A stretch of 64,000 nucleotides of DNA from Escherichia phage vB_EcoM_Goslar. The number at the start of each line of letters is the position of its first letter. Position 1 is the stretch's first letter. Of this stretch, positions 29,552 through 40,201 are shown piece by piece. Made by a program: the position numbers and the translations under genes. The notes beneath the pieces are model-generated. The model made no database searches, was not told the DNA's origin, and saw only the letters and a program-made list of their open reading frames with translations. The stretch lies in the sequence record NC_048170.1; one strand, 5' to 3'.

Positions 29552-31138
29552 TTAGAAGTTGCCTTTGGTAGTTACCGCATCCACCAGGTTAAACAAATCA
29601 ACACTCAGCTTATACACCTCCTGCTGGCTACGGTTGAGCAGCGGGCTGTATGCGGATGGGTTGATGTTCGGCATGGTGTACGGAATAGGTGCAGAGCCGT
29701 CAACGCTGATCTTGAACTGGCTGTCCAGGAACAGGTTAATCGCGCCGCTCACCATAACCGCATTCGGGTTGTTACCCAACATGGAGGGTAGGATATTGGT
29801 AATCATGTCAGAACGCATTTGTTCAGCAGCACGGTTACAATCGTATCCTTTAATGAACGGTACAGCGTCGGTAACCGCAACCGCCCACTGACCAGGCATG
29901 ATACCGAGTTCTGGGTGACCATGGTTGTCAGCAATGAAACGGAACGACTCCAACATGCGATACGTCATCGCAGCAGGCATCATCGCAGCAAGCGATGAGC
30001 AATACAGCGTTGGATAATCGATCACGTCCCAGCTCTGGCTGTCGGTCGGCATCCAACCAAACTCGGTGGTTGCTGATGTACCACGACGAGCTTCCACATA
30101 CGGGAATAACGTTAAGACGTCACGGATATGTTCACCGAACATCCGTTTCATGTCAGCCCAACTCAGGCTGCCGCTGAAAGCGAATCCTTCATCACGCATA
30201 ATCGCACCGAATACCGGATGTGCAACCAGCGGTTCTTCACGAACAGCTTGAGCGGCTTCTACGTAAATATCCTCGTTCTCTGCGCTACCTGGATGAGACC
30301 CGCTTTCGTACGTCTGACGAATAGCCCCAACATTATCGAAGGCTTTTCTCAGATAGATGGTTGGGATGTTCGTATCGGCACTAGCTGGTTTGATTTTCTC
30401 TGTTGCGAAACACATTGCTGCTTCCACACCACGGAAAACCGGTTCCGGTTGCGGTGGGTAGGATGTACGATGAACCACGTCAGCGTAGGCGGGATCGAAC
30501 TGCTGCATTACGTTCTGCATGGCTGGGTCCATGAACTGGTTATCAAAACCACCATTGCCCACCCAACGTGCTGTCGATGCATAAGTCAGCGTATCCTGAA
30601 CACGAGTACTGAACTGAACATCGCGATTAACAGGGTCGTACGCACCGGTCAAAAGGTTCGTTGCGTCCATCGGGGTCGCGCGAACGATTTGCTTACCGAA
30701 CATGTCCGTTGTGGTTGTTTCGGTTACCTGGATTACGTTCGTGAAGAAGAACACCAGTTCATTCGGCAGATCGATAGCACGCGTTGTAAACGCATCGAGG
30801 CTTACAGAATGGTCGGTGTATCCAGAAATGTAATGGACACGCTTGGTTCCTGGTGCAAGGGCCAAGGATTCTTCTACAGCCATCATGAAATGGAAACGAC
30901 GTGTGCCCCAACCATTCGCAATCTCCGAAACCCCCTCAGGTTCTGCAGACTGCTGCAACAAACCGGTTGCAAGCTTATTGATTGCTGATGGTGTTGTTGC
31001 CGTACCGAACCGCGTCGTGTTAATAAAGTCTTCGATGCTACGCATGCTATCTGCGTGGAATCGTAGTGGACGACGTTGTACGTTGTTGTACGGTGCGGTT
31101 TCAACCATCAGTATTTCACGAACATTCATCGGGATCAT
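29552..31138 (-). CDS. hypothetical protein
   Basis: 528-aa ORF. Confidence 0.5.
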   Translation of the reverse strand: MIPMNVREILMVETAPYNNVQRRPLRFHADSMRSIEDFINTTRFGTATTPSAINKLATGLLQQSAEPEGVSEIANGWGTRRFHFMMAVEESLALAPGTKRVHYISGYTDHSVSLDAFTTRAIDLPNELVFFFTNVIQVTETTTTDMFGKQIVRATPMDATNLLTGAYDPVNRDVQFSTRVQDTLTYASTARWVGNGGFDNQFMDPAMQNVMQQFDPAYADVVHRTSYPPQPEPVFRGVEAAMCFATEKIKPASADTNIPTIYLRKAFDNVGAIRQTYESGSHPGSAENEDIYVEAAQAVREEPLVAHPVFGAIMRDEGFAFSGSLSWADMKRMFGEHIRDVLTLFPYVEARRGTSATTEFGWMPTDSQSWDVIDYPTLYCSSLAAMMPAAMTYRMLESFRFIADNHGHPELGIMPGQWAVAVTDAVPFIKGYDCNRAAEQMRSDMITNILPSMLGNNPNAVMVSGAINLFLDSQFKISVDGSAPIPYTMPNINPSAYSPLLNRSQQEVYKLSVDLFNLVDAVTTKGNF

Positions 31139-31139
31139 T

Positions 31140-32726
31140 TTATTTTTTTCCTCTTAAATTTACTACGTGTTCATTTAATCGAACAACTAATTGCACAAGC
31201 TGCTGACGGATATCTGCTGGACAAAGCATCAATCCTTTACGGTCAGCTGGGACTTTCTCAAGGATTTCCGGGCCTGCTGCTGAAACATCCCAGTCCCATT
31301 CACAAAACGCATCGGCCACCATGTTAATACCGACAACCGGTAAAGTTGTACGTTCATCTTCATACATGGCGTGTGGATACAATTTATTGACAGTAATGAT
31401 CTCCTGTGGTTTTAATTGGTGGATAATCTGATAAACATCGTCGCGTTTAACCTGGATACCTACGGTCAGCGCTGCCAGTTGAGGAAAACCCCAATGGTCT
31501 AATAAGCAAGCTGCAATCGCTAACGCTTTTGCTTGATGCACGGCTTCAATCGGTGCCAGACTTCTCGCCGGAAGATGGCTATCAAGCAACCATTGTGCCA
31601 GTGCTCGGCATCCGCGGTTGATTGGTTTTAACTCAACGGTGTCATCATGTTTAGCGTACGTGTATCCGTCGTAACGTTTTGCGATACGCGCATACATGTC
31701 TTCAACTTTACCGTAAGGTGCTGTTTCGTCGACGTCGTGTAACACACGTTCCATCTGGGTAAGATACGCGATGTCAAGAATGAGTACACGCGGTGAACGT
31801 TTATCTTTCACCATCAACGCATCAATCACGCCTTGACTGTCTTCATCTTGCGCGTTCCCTCGTGGGGTTTTCTCACGAATCGGTCCGCTGAAACGTCGTT
31901 CCGTACAAAGGTTATTCACGTAGCTAAAGATCAGTGTTACCAGATGCGTACAACTCACCAACACCCCATCTTTAACGACAGGCTGTACGGCTTGGTCCAA
32001 ATCGCGTACGGCGAGACGGCGGACGATGGCTTGTGAACGCAACCAGCCGGGCACTTTCTCCGTCGACATGTAATCCACGGTCATCGACAGCGTGATCTTT
32101 TTATCACCCGTCTGTGCGCGGATATAGTCTTCCAGTCGGTCGTAAGCGGCGATATCATGAATGCATGTTTTATACATCAACGACATAGCCACTTCTTCTT
32201 TACGGACTGTCCCGTACGTTTTCCCTGCGTCAATCAGAAACTCCGCCCAAATCGGCACCATCAGACGGACGTAGATCGCTAACGCCGTTAACTCAACGTA
32301 ATCATTTCGTAAATAGGTTTTCTCAGGTATGTCATCCTCACCTAATGTTGTTTTCATGTCCGGTGGTAATTTTACCCAACCTGGGGTATTACACAACGCC
32401 AGAATCTCTTCATACACAACCGGTTTGTAAATTTCACCAACAGCGCGACTCAACTCCTCCATTTGTTGTTGTGGAGCAATGTAGTTATCCATCGCTTCAC
32501 GTGCTTTAACGAACCCTTCGAAGATGTCGTCAATTCGACGTGGGTTCTTTTGTTCTATCCAGGCGAGATACTTGTTAATCTCCCGCATCTGATTGCTAGC
32601 CATATCCCCATCAATCTTGATGTAACCCTGGCCTGAAAATTCCACAGTACGTCCATCACGATGTTTGATGAGATAGTGATCCAGCTTTTCTTTTCCTTGC
32701 GTCGTAATGACGGGCACTATGTGCAT
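31140..32726 (-). CDS. hypothetical protein
   Basis: Start set at ATG 32726 (MHIVPV...) preceded by AGAGG; the longer ORF to 32861 has an Arg-rich extension. Confidence 0.5.
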   Translation of the reverse strand: MHIVPVITTQGKEKLDHYLIKHRDGRTVEFSGQGYIKIDGDMASNQMREINKYLAWIEQKNPRRIDDIFEGFVKAREAMDNYIAPQQQMEELSRAVGEIYKPVVYEEILALCNTPGWVKLPPDMKTTLGEDDIPEKTYLRNDYVELTALAIYVRLMVPIWAEFLIDAGKTYGTVRKEEVAMSLMYKTCIHDIAAYDRLEDYIRAQTGDKKITLSMTVDYMSTEKVPGWLRSQAIVRRLAVRDLDQAVQPVVKDGVLVSCTHLVTLIFSYVNNLCTERRFSGPIREKTPRGNAQDEDSQGVIDALMVKDKRSPRVLILDIAYLTQMERVLHDVDETAPYGKVEDMYARIAKRYDGYTYAKHDDTVELKPINRGCRALAQWLLDSHLPARSLAPIEAVHQAKALAIAACLLDHWGFPQLAALTVGIQVKRDDVYQIIHQLKPQEIITVNKLYPHAMYEDERTTLPVVGINMVADAFCEWDWDVSAAGPEILEKVPADRKGLMLCPADIRQQLVQLVVRLNEHVVNLRGKK

Positions 32727-32930
32727 AACAACCTCTTTTCGCGGTTCCCTGTTAAAACGTCTTCTGTGACGTCTACCACAAAGGTAATATAAGCGTGAAT
32801 AATTTTGGATTCCGGCTGAGTTATCGCTCAGCATGCAAGGCATCCCGCCGAAGCGAGACACCTTGCACTAACGGAAAATATTCGCGTTACCTTCTGAATC
32901 GAAGACTCAGAATGCGATGCTAAAGCATTA

Positions 32931-33719
32931 TTAGAACGCTAAGCCATCAAAGGCTACGGACGGATCATCATCGTCGTTTGCGCTTGGCGCATCCCAACGG
33001 GTATCAGGGGCCGCTGAAGCCGAACTTGATGCGTTAGAGTTACCGTTGTACTGGCCGTTACCAGCATTACGGTTACCGCCGCCGTTGTTATTGTTACGGT
33101 TATAGCTATTGTTGCCATTACTTACGCTACGGCTTTCACCGTCGAAATTGGTTGCGAGGATGCTCGGCAACACCGCACGATGAATACGTACAAATTCCAA
33201 CGCACAAAGCGGAGAAACAACCCCGATCTGTAAAGGTTGCCCAGACTCATCAACCAGAGCGTGGAAGCGCGGTGGCTTGAATACGAATTGGATGTTCGGT
33301 TTTTGGTACGCCGTTACAGCGATATATACCGAACCATCATCGTTCTTACCAACCCATGTTGTACTTTCGGTAATCTGTTTCTTCTTACCTGGGTTATTGC
33401 GATCGTCGATAACCTTTTCGTTCTTCATCGCAAAACGTTGGCCTGGTTTACCCTTAGCAACCTGCTCGAGGATCGCAAGCAGGTTATAGAACGCGTATGA
33501 GCTCATGCGTGCCCAAATGCTTTCAGCGCGACCCTGCTGGTCTTTACGACCGGTGTAAACCGTGATACGCGGTTGATTCTTAGCAACGCTAATTTTCAAT
33601 GAGGGGATTGAATTACCGCCCTCAACCTTTTCGTCCGCCCACAGTTTCCAGTTGTTGTCGTCATACGCTGTAGGAATAATGTTTCCTTGTGGTTTACTGC
33701 CCGAATTCCAATTGCTCAT
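32931..33719 (-). CDS. putative single-stranded DNA-binding protein
   Basis: Asn/Gly-rich disordered C-terminal tail ending in an acidic tip (...SANDDDDPSVAFDGLAF), reminiscent of SSB tails; N-terminal domain not matched by eye. Confidence 0.4.
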   Translation of the reverse strand: MSNWNSGSKPQGNIIPTAYDDNNWKLWADEKVEGGNSIPSLKISVAKNQPRITVYTGRKDQQGRAESIWARMSSYAFYNLLAILEQVAKGKPGQRFAMKNEKVIDDRNNPGKKKQITESTTWVGKNDDGSVYIAVTAYQKPNIQFVFKPPRFHALVDESGQPLQIGVVSPLCALEFVRIHRAVLPSILATNFDGESRSVSNGNNSYNRNNNNGGGNRNAGNGQYNGNSNASSSASAAPDTRWDAPSANDDDDPSVAFDGLAF

Positions 33720-33791
33720 TTTCAGCCTCGTTACGTAGTTGAATCAATTTCTGGTTCAGATGATAGTTAATATTAGTTAAAAATTACAGCC

Positions 33792-34625
33792 TCAGCGGAA
33801 CATGTCCAACAGAAAACGTTTTGCAAAGGGGTCGCGTAACTGGTTGACACCGAAGCGTGTACGGTCTTCCGTTGTTAATGGATTCCACTGACTCTGTTTC
33901 GCAAGATCTAACAGCATCCTTTTTATTTTCACCGGCCCACTGTTAAACTGTACGGCTTGGTCACCGAACGTTCCCAAGGTCATCTTTGTAAATGGAAGAT
34001 TCGCAACCTCTGGACGATCCCCACCAGTAAGTTTAGTCGACCACTGATGTTTTCGTTTCAAGGTTCCGGTATGGCTCTCTACCAAAATAAGTTCACCAAA
34101 ACCGGTTCTTGCCAACAAGTCAGAAACATAGTGCGTGGTGATATACGATGTCTTGGTTATCGCGGGTAATTTACAATCCATCGATTCGATATTAGGGAGT
34201 CGATCTACAGACGCCATCAACCCACGATAAAGTGTAGCGAGTCCTTTTTGTTTTTCGGTGTGTGGCTCCTTATGTATAGCGTGCGGATAAACACGCTTTA
34301 TTGACGCATAGGTTGGCGCATATATCCGCAAGCGAATGTGGGGAACGAGTTCATTCACCAACTGTCTTAGCTGCAGTAACTCGTTTTGAAAATCCCCTGT
34401 TATCATCGATAACGGTAATTTATGTTGTTCAACGTCTTCAAAGCTTTCAACGAAATTGCGTGCTAAAGTACGCAGGTTGAACAACCAATCCATCGGTGTT
34501 TCTGGCTGTTGCTGTACTGCTGATAATGTTGCTGACGTCCCTACCGATAAAGGATAATCACCTAACGTGCGGGCGTACATATCGCTCATACCCCACAACT
34601 CCTTCTTATCATGGCAACGTATCAA
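33792..34625 (-). CDS. hypothetical protein
   Basis: 277-aa ORF overlapping the end of the Mre11-like gene. Confidence 0.45.
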   Translation of the reverse strand: MIRCHDKKELWGMSDMYARTLGDYPLSVGTSATLSAVQQQPETPMDWLFNLRTLARNFVESFEDVEQHKLPLSMITGDFQNELLQLRQLVNELVPHIRLRIYAPTYASIKRVYPHAIHKEPHTEKQKGLATLYRGLMASVDRLPNIESMDCKLPAITKTSYITTHYVSDLLARTGFGELILVESHTGTLKRKHQWSTKLTGGDRPEVANLPFTKMTLGTFGDQAVQFNSGPVKIKRMLLDLAKQSQWNPLTTEDRTRFGVNQLRDPFAKRFLLDMFR

Positions 34626-35751
34626 GCCAAGCAGAAACCTTTAAGGCATCAACGTTCGGGTATTTATTACGAATGCGTTCGACCAACAAACGCTTAACGT
34701 TGTCCTTTGTCAAGTCTCCACCTTTCTCGATAACGTTATTGACAAAACTGTTCTTTAATAGCGACTGGTTGTTCTTGGCATCCGTTTTAATTGACCAGAC
34801 AAAACCTGGATACAAAGAAGGAATAGAACGAAACGTTTTCGCCGCATCGTCTTCCTTATCGCAGCGTATTCGAATATGATCGCCCTTCTTCAGTGGAGCC
34901 AATTCCCGTTCCAACACACGGACAATTTCATCTCCAACAAGACCATGCAGTTTTATCGTCTTATAGACATCTGCTTTCTTGTTCTCAACAAATTCCCACT
35001 GGTCGTTAAACGATTCTGTTAACGTATAACGGAGATACCCCTTTGGACCTTCTTCGCCGTGCGCCAAGCGACCAAACGAACCGCCAACCATGATACGTCC
35101 TTTCTGGGATTGTAAGTGGATGTGCCCGCTCACAATCCATCCCTGGGTCTTCTCTACCATTGCGTTATACGCATCACTGCTATGAACACATGTTGCTTTT
35201 AACGCTTCTGGTGGAAGCTGATATTCGAACGCGCCATGCATCAGAATAAAGTCTGGCGATCCCTTCTCATCAATAAGTCGGTTCACGGCCGACAACGTCA
35301 CATCCGGATCGTGGCTGTAGTTATCTGGAAGATAAAGCACTTTTAAACCAAAGTCTTCATCAACCATGCAGAGGTCATCGTAATAACGAACTTTCGCTCC
35401 TATCTCCATGACCTCGTTCTGTTCAACGAACCACTGACTTTGCTTCTGGTCGTGTAAATTGGTACCCTCAAGAAAGATCAACGTAATATCGTGTTTTCTC
35501 GCATACCGTAACAACCAGGTACCCCAGGCACGAACAGCAACCACATCACTCGTCACAAATGTCGTAATACGATCGAAGACATCGCCACTGAACGTAATCA
35601 CATCAAGCAGCGCAGGATCTTCTTTTGTAATGTAATAACGCAGTTGGCTAATCAGGTTTACTGTCGGTGTTTGACGATGGATAAAGTGAATATCCGACAA
35701 ATTGATTCCACGTAATACCCCAGGCGTTTTATTTCGACTGAAGTCTCGCAT
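34609..35751 (-). CDS. Mre11/SbcD-like metallophosphoesterase nuclease
   Basis: INLSDIHF, FSGDVFD, GTNLHD, MHGAFE, SGHIH phosphoesterase motifs. Confidence 0.6.
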   Translation of the reverse strand: MRDFSRNKTPGVLRGINLSDIHFIHRQTPTVNLISQLRYYITKEDPALLDVITFSGDVFDRITTFVTSDVVAVRAWGTWLLRYARKHDITLIFLEGTNLHDQKQSQWFVEQNEVMEIGAKVRYYDDLCMVDEDFGLKVLYLPDNYSHDPDVTLSAVNRLIDEKGSPDFILMHGAFEYQLPPEALKATCVHSSDAYNAMVEKTQGWIVSGHIHLQSQKGRIMVGGSFGRLAHGEEGPKGYLRYTLTESFNDQWEFVENKKADVYKTIKLHGLVGDEIVRVLERELAPLKKGDHIRIRCDKEDDAAKTFRSIPSLYPGFVWSIKTDAKNNQSLLKNSFVNNVIEKGGDLTKDNVKRLLVERIRNKYPNVDALKVSAWLDTLP

Positions 35752-36533
35752 CAGAATTCCTCTAGGTTGCTGCTGCTAATAGTCCCCGTCGTAGACGGCA
35801 TGTTTCTACTGCTCGCTGACGCTGTTGTTGAAGAAGTTCTGGCTAGATTCAATCCATTTAATAACCCACGCTCTTTTACCGTACGACGTGAACCATCACG
35901 AACGTCGTAAAGGGGTACGTTATAATGGTCAAAAATCCGAAGCCATTGCACGTAATCAGCAACAACATGGTCTTTGCTTTCATTCGGGGCAAAGCGATCA
36001 AGCTGATGGTCGACGTAAGCTTTAGCGCTTTCAGGATTGAAGTTATACTGTCGACGTGCTTTGTCCACCATCGCGAGGAAACATGTGTTGGGGTCACGAT
36101 TGATGTATGAACGTGTCCGGATAAAGATAGCCGGTACCGTAAACAGAACCTTGTTGTTATTCCCATCAGCAACGATGTTAACCGCGCGATGTGGTTGGCC
36201 TGCTATCTTGCACCAATCGTGAACAATGGTACTATTACTCAGCATCTCCGCGTATTCAGGATCCTGTGAAAACATTCCTGCGAACGGATACAAGAAATGT
36301 TTAACAAACAGCGACTCAGGCAGGATGTTGGGACGCGTCATCTCTTGTAAACCTTTTCGTAGAAGCTCGCTGTTGTCTACCAGCTCCTGCCACATGTCTG
36401 GTCGTGTTTTCGGGATGGACGGATCCTGAGCGCGGCGAATGCGCTCTTCCTCATTTACAACCACTACCCCAGCCGGATACCCCAATAAATCCGTTCCTTC
36501 GCTAACGTTGCTGTTAGTTTGGCGCGCCTTCAT
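35751..36533 (-). CDS. hypothetical protein
   Basis: 260-aa ORF; stop/start overlap with the nuclease gene. Confidence 0.45.
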   Translation of the reverse strand: MKARQTNSNVSEGTDLLGYPAGVVVVNEEERIRRAQDPSIPKTRPDMWQELVDNSELLRKGLQEMTRPNILPESLFVKHFLYPFAGMFSQDPEYAEMLSNSTIVHDWCKIAGQPHRAVNIVADGNNNKVLFTVPAIFIRTRSYINRDPNTCFLAMVDKARRQYNFNPESAKAYVDHQLDRFAPNESKDHVVADYVQWLRIFDHYNVPLYDVRDGSRRTVKERGLLNGLNLARTSSTTASASSRNMPSTTGTISSSNLEEF

Positions 36534-36921
36534 TTACTTCCTCCTGCCACTTGATAAAATTACCACGCTCGGATCGCAGAACACCACCCAAATCGTACGA
36601 TATACCTTTCTCTGTGACAATCCCACCAATCTGGAGATCAACACGTTCCGTCGTCGGATCGATATACTTGACGCGGACTTTCAATTCCACGCGATCGTAA
36701 TAACGCATTAAATAATCATACAACATCCGGTATGTCGCATCTTCCAATTTGGGTGCGCTATACTGCGATGTTGCAATGAGGTACGGTAATGAAACGATAG
36801 AGCCTTGGTAGCAATACGACTGGGAATAATTCGATATTGCAAAATTGGTCATTAACCCATCCAGCTTTTTTCCCGACGCGGTTAAAAAGCTTGACAGCCC
36901 AGGTAATGGATTCGATGCCAT
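36514..36921 (-). CDS. hypothetical protein
   Basis: 135-aa ORF. Confidence 0.4.
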   Translation of the reverse strand: MASNPLPGLSSFLTASGKKLDGLMTNFAISNYSQSYCYQGSIVSLPYLIATSQYSAPKLEDATYRMLYDYLMRYYDRVELKVRVKYIDPTTERVDLQIGGIVTEKGISYDLGGVLRSERGNFIKWQEEVNEGAPN

Positions 36922-36934
36922 GAGGAACTCCTCT

Positions 36935-37408
36935 TTAAGCGTAATTCATTCCAACCAATCTATCGTAGTTAGGCATATGTCCTAACTCCAGTTCGACAGG
37001 CATGGATACATTGGTGCGCGGCGCGTAAAATGTTCGCGTATGCATATCGATATACCCACAGTCCAAATAAACAATATCGGACAACTCCGTCGGATGTTTA
37101 GGCGCGGGAATCTTTAATCGATTATAACACTCAAGCTGCCACCAGGCGTGAAAAAAGTTATTGTAGGCGTACGATTTACTGTTAGCAATTTTAAGACCGT
37201 AGATCACCCATAACGCCGCCATGAAGTTGGTCGCGTTAATTCGCATCGGTTGTTCATTATTGAGCATGTACGTGTAGGTAAATAACGGTGTGTTACCATC
37301 ACCGAAACGTCCGACCAGGGTATTGTTCGTGTGTTCGACCTCAAAGGAAAAATGCTGGCTGCTATTGCCATCAAAATGGATCATTCCGTTCTCCTCAAGC
37401 TTTTTCAT
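36935..37408 (-). CDS. hypothetical protein
   Basis: Start set at internal MKKLEE because the longer ORF overlaps the GC hairpin at 37464-37490. Confidence 0.4.
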   Translation of the reverse strand: MKKLEENGMIHFDGNSSQHFSFEVEHTNNTLVGRFGDGNTPLFTYTYMLNNEQPMRINATNFMAALWVIYGLKIANSKSYAYNNFFHAWWQLECYNRLKIPAPKHPTELSDIVYLDCGYIDMHTRTFYAPRTNVSMPVELELGHMPNYDRLVGMNYA

Positions 37409-37503
37409 TTCATAGAGTGGTGGAAATTCGTAGAAAGTTACAAAAATAAAAAAGAATGGGCAGCCCCTCCCCACCCGAAGGTAGGGAGGGACCGCAAATA
37501 TAC

Positions 37504-37989
37504 TTAAACCAAAGCTGCGATAACGTCGTTAACATTACGGCCTCGCAACTCTGCCGCTAAACGAATAACTTCATCCAGGGAACGGTTTGTACGAATCTTG
37601 GCCACTTTCCAATTTTCAGGATACTGTTCGAAGTTAAGCAACCAAGTCATTACCTTTGCTTGTTCCATACCGTTGAGTTTGATTGTCGTGCGCGGATTGG
37701 CTTTGAACCACTTCTTGCTCAGCTGTGCCATACGGCGAACAGGGTAAGCGTAAGCGCGAGTCCAGTCTTTGGACAGATTGTCGAGTAATTCACAGTAGCT
37801 GTTGTCGTAGTCTTTGTTGATACGACGTAATAACCAGTTGGCGGTCATCTGATAAAGTTTATCATCTTCACGTAACCGCATACCCGCTACTGCTAAATAA
37901 ACGATAAGACCTGCGCCCAGGATGAGAGACAGGATAAACAGAATTTGGGTTTCTTGTGCTAAAGTCATTTTACTATCCTCGGATTTCAT
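37504..37989 (-). CDS. hypothetical membrane protein
   Basis: Predicted transmembrane helix ILFILSLILGAGLIVYLAVAG near the N-terminus. Confidence 0.45.
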   Translation of the reverse strand: MKSEDSKMTLAQETQILFILSLILGAGLIVYLAVAGMRLREDDKLYQMTANWLLRRINKDYDNSYCELLDNLSKDWTRAYAYPVRRMAQLSKKWFKANPRTTIKLNGMEQAKVMTWLLNFEQYPENWKVAKIRTNRSLDEVIRLAAELRGRNVNDVIAALV

Positions 37990-38054
37990 TAGGATTTAAT
38001 TTCCAATATAAGGGCAATGTGATATGCCTTATACAGTCGATTGATGTTGTACAT

Positions 38055-38078
38055 CACGTAAGTAATATAGCCGTGAAA
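38055..38078 (-). promoter_or_regulatory. conserved promoter-like motif, copy 2
   Basis: Identical 24-mer to 14786-14809; 66 nt upstream of the minus gene start at 37989. Confidence 0.45.
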
Positions 38079-38087
38079 AATGTTGGA

Positions 38088-38924
38088 TTAACGTGTTCTC
38101 CTATCACGATGCGTATACGACTGAAGACCGATGTCCATATGCGGTAACGTCAGCGTCTGCCAGATCTGTCGTGCGTAACGATCGAGCGTATGATCATCAG
38201 TAACACAATCGACGGGTTCGATGAGGTGAGTCGTATACTGGCTTTTCTCAGAGAAAGGTTCGATGTTAGCTGTATCTCCTAATCCGCTTTTCACCGTGAA
38301 GACAAGACGTGTGACTACCATCGCCTTATGCTGCTGTTCATTATAGCGAAGGCTACGATATACCGCATAGCTCCCTCCTTTTAGGCTTCGGGTATAACGA
38401 AGGTCGGAGGTCGTCTCGGAAATCTGATACAGCATCCAGTCCAACGTATCACGCCAGTACGCATCATCCACATCAGGAACTGTAATACCATACCGCGTAG
38501 GCAGCAGTTCTAAAAGCAATTTATAAAGTCCGCGACGCAAGCCATGCTCTTCTGTTTCCGATAAACCGTTTCCAACATAACGTGAAATACGCGTACGTAA
38601 ATACGTACGGATGAACATATTCGCCATCAGTGTTTTCACTCTGCTACTGGTATCCTCAAAGCGATCAACGCTGAAACTCGTTTCAATCAGCCGTCCATTA
38701 AAATACAATGCGGCAACATACATCGCATTACTGCTATCACGTTCAATGTTTAAACGTCCGCAGATATTGGCTGCGTCGTTCATGGTAAATTCTAACTTAT
38801 CGTGTTCGATACGATAGATAATATCCTCTTGGGTTGCTAGGCTCGCAATACGACGATAGCCCGGAGAAGTACGTTTTACACTCATGATTGTCCTCGTTTT
38901 CAATTTTAAGATTGCATGCGGCAT
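38088..38924 (-). CDS. hypothetical protein
   Basis: 278-aa ORF. Confidence 0.45.
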   Translation of the reverse strand: MPHAILKLKTRTIMSVKRTSPGYRRIASLATQEDIIYRIEHDKLEFTMNDAANICGRLNIERDSSNAMYVAALYFNGRLIETSFSVDRFEDTSSRVKTLMANMFIRTYLRTRISRYVGNGLSETEEHGLRRGLYKLLLELLPTRYGITVPDVDDAYWRDTLDWMLYQISETTSDLRYTRSLKGGSYAVYRSLRYNEQQHKAMVVTRLVFTVKSGLGDTANIEPFSEKSQYTTHLIEPVDCVTDDHTLDRYARQIWQTLTLPHMDIGLQSYTHRDRRTR

Positions 38925-38967
38925 AAACCCTCCCCGCCTTATGCAGGGAGGGTAGCCATTAAATGGA

Positions 38968-39606
38968 TTAACCTAATTTACCACCGGCGATGTTGGTGAA
39001 ATCTTCGCCATCAGGAACTTGCAGTAGGATACGTGCCATGTCCCAGTTGGTTAATGTGATTGCTTTATCATCGATACTCAGTTCTGGTAGGTCGAGTTCA
39101 TGATCATCAAACTCGTAGGAAATACTCCACGTTTCGTCTGTTTTAGGATCGGTTATCAACACACCGTCTGTTACACGCATGTAGTCCGGATGCAGTTCAT
39201 TACTGAATGTGCTGAACGGATCGGTGTAACATTCAGCATACCCCTCGATCTGCTGACGCTGTGCCTTCGTACGTAATTCAGGGCATGCCATGATCAGTTG
39301 TCGAGATATGCCGTTTGCGGCACGGAAGTCTTCCACGGTGTTACATGGCATAACCACATCGTCATGGAAGATGTTCTCCGATTGTCTCAGCAAAGTCTTA
39401 CGGAGTTCAGCATAGTTTATCTGATTGAATGCATCGAACGTTGCTAACGATTCAGCGTAAAAATGCTTTACGTGTTCGCTTGCACCGCCGAGACTATTCA
39501 TCAACTTGTGACCGTACTCCATGAAACTTTTATCGAGACCGGAGGACATTTCTCCGAACCTCAGTGCACGATAACTGTCTCGTCCACCTGTAAATATTTG
39601 CGCCAT
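38968..39606 (-). CDS. hypothetical protein
   Basis: 212-aa ORF with AGGAGG RBS, directly downstream of beta'-N exon 3. Confidence 0.45.
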   Translation of the reverse strand: MAQIFTGGRDSYRALRFGEMSSGLDKSFMEYGHKLMNSLGGASEHVKHFYAESLATFDAFNQINYAELRKTLLRQSENIFHDDVVMPCNTVEDFRAANGISRQLIMACPELRTKAQRQQIEGYAECYTDPFSTFSNELHPDYMRVTDGVLITDPKTDETWSISYEFDDHELDLPELSIDDKAITLTNWDMARILLQVPDGEDFTNIAGGKLG

Positions 39607-39621
39607 TACAGGCGTCCTCCT

Positions 39622-39846
39622 TTAGCAATGGGTGTTAGTTGCTTCTATTTCGTCAAGATAAGGTTCTACGTCATCGCCCTCCACGAATTCGTTGAACCAG
39701 CAGTCAATGGTAGAAATAACCGGTGACTGGTGTTCACATTTCTTAGATACCTTAAAAGGTACGTTATTATCCATCATACCGAGTTCGGGTCGAAAACGCC
39801 CGAAATGTTTCGCAGTCCAAATGTCTGGGACGATATGGTTGTTCAT
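39622..39846 (-). CDS. RNA polymerase beta'-like N-terminal subunit, proposed exon 3
   Basis: Begins MNNHIVPD, aligning with beta' QMAVHVPL right after the catalytic DFDGD; in frame with proposed exons 1 and 2. The exact 3' splice site is uncertain. Confidence 0.45.
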   Translation of the reverse strand: MNNHIVPDIWTAKHFGRFRPELGMMDNNVPFKVSKKCEHQSPVISTIDCWFNEFVEGDDVEPYLDEIEATNTHC

Positions 39847-40201
39847 CGTGGTGTTCAGCATGAGTCGCTACCTCATACCCGCAGCTTTACCTGCAGCTTC
39901 CGGTGTTACCGGAATGTCCAGAATACATCTTATCCATATTCCAAATGGAACGTAGGACTTCCGCGCTGGATCTCGCTTGAGACCACGTATTCGTTGAACG
40001 TTCTCCTGAACGGAGCTTCGCTGCTGATCGAACATTGTCGCGTACGGTAGGCGTCCCCGAAGGGATTGTCATTGAAGCCGCGTACATCCGCTACCTTGTT
40101 TCTACCTTATCGGTTCCTCTTACGAGGCGTAGCGGCCTTAGCCCTTCCCAGCAATTCACGGAATCCAAGCTCTTCCTTTCGGAAGGCAGGGCCTATGATT
40201 A
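39847..40201 (-). ncRNA. putative group I intron 2 (ORF-less)
   Basis: Minus-sense elements in canonical order: P-like GAATTGCTGGGAAGGG (40157-40142), Q-like CAGCAGCGAAGC (40026-40015), R-like GTTCAACGAATACG (39999-39986), S-like AAGATGTATTCTGG (39931-39918). R/S pair as GAATAC/GTATTC. GAAA and UUCG tetraloop hairpins; ends in G at 39847. Confidence 0.5.

Noticed and set aside
30128-30988. 286-aa plus-strand ORF
   Set aside because: Antisense inside the 528-aa minus gene 29552-31138; Cys/Arg-rich, with no RBS seen.
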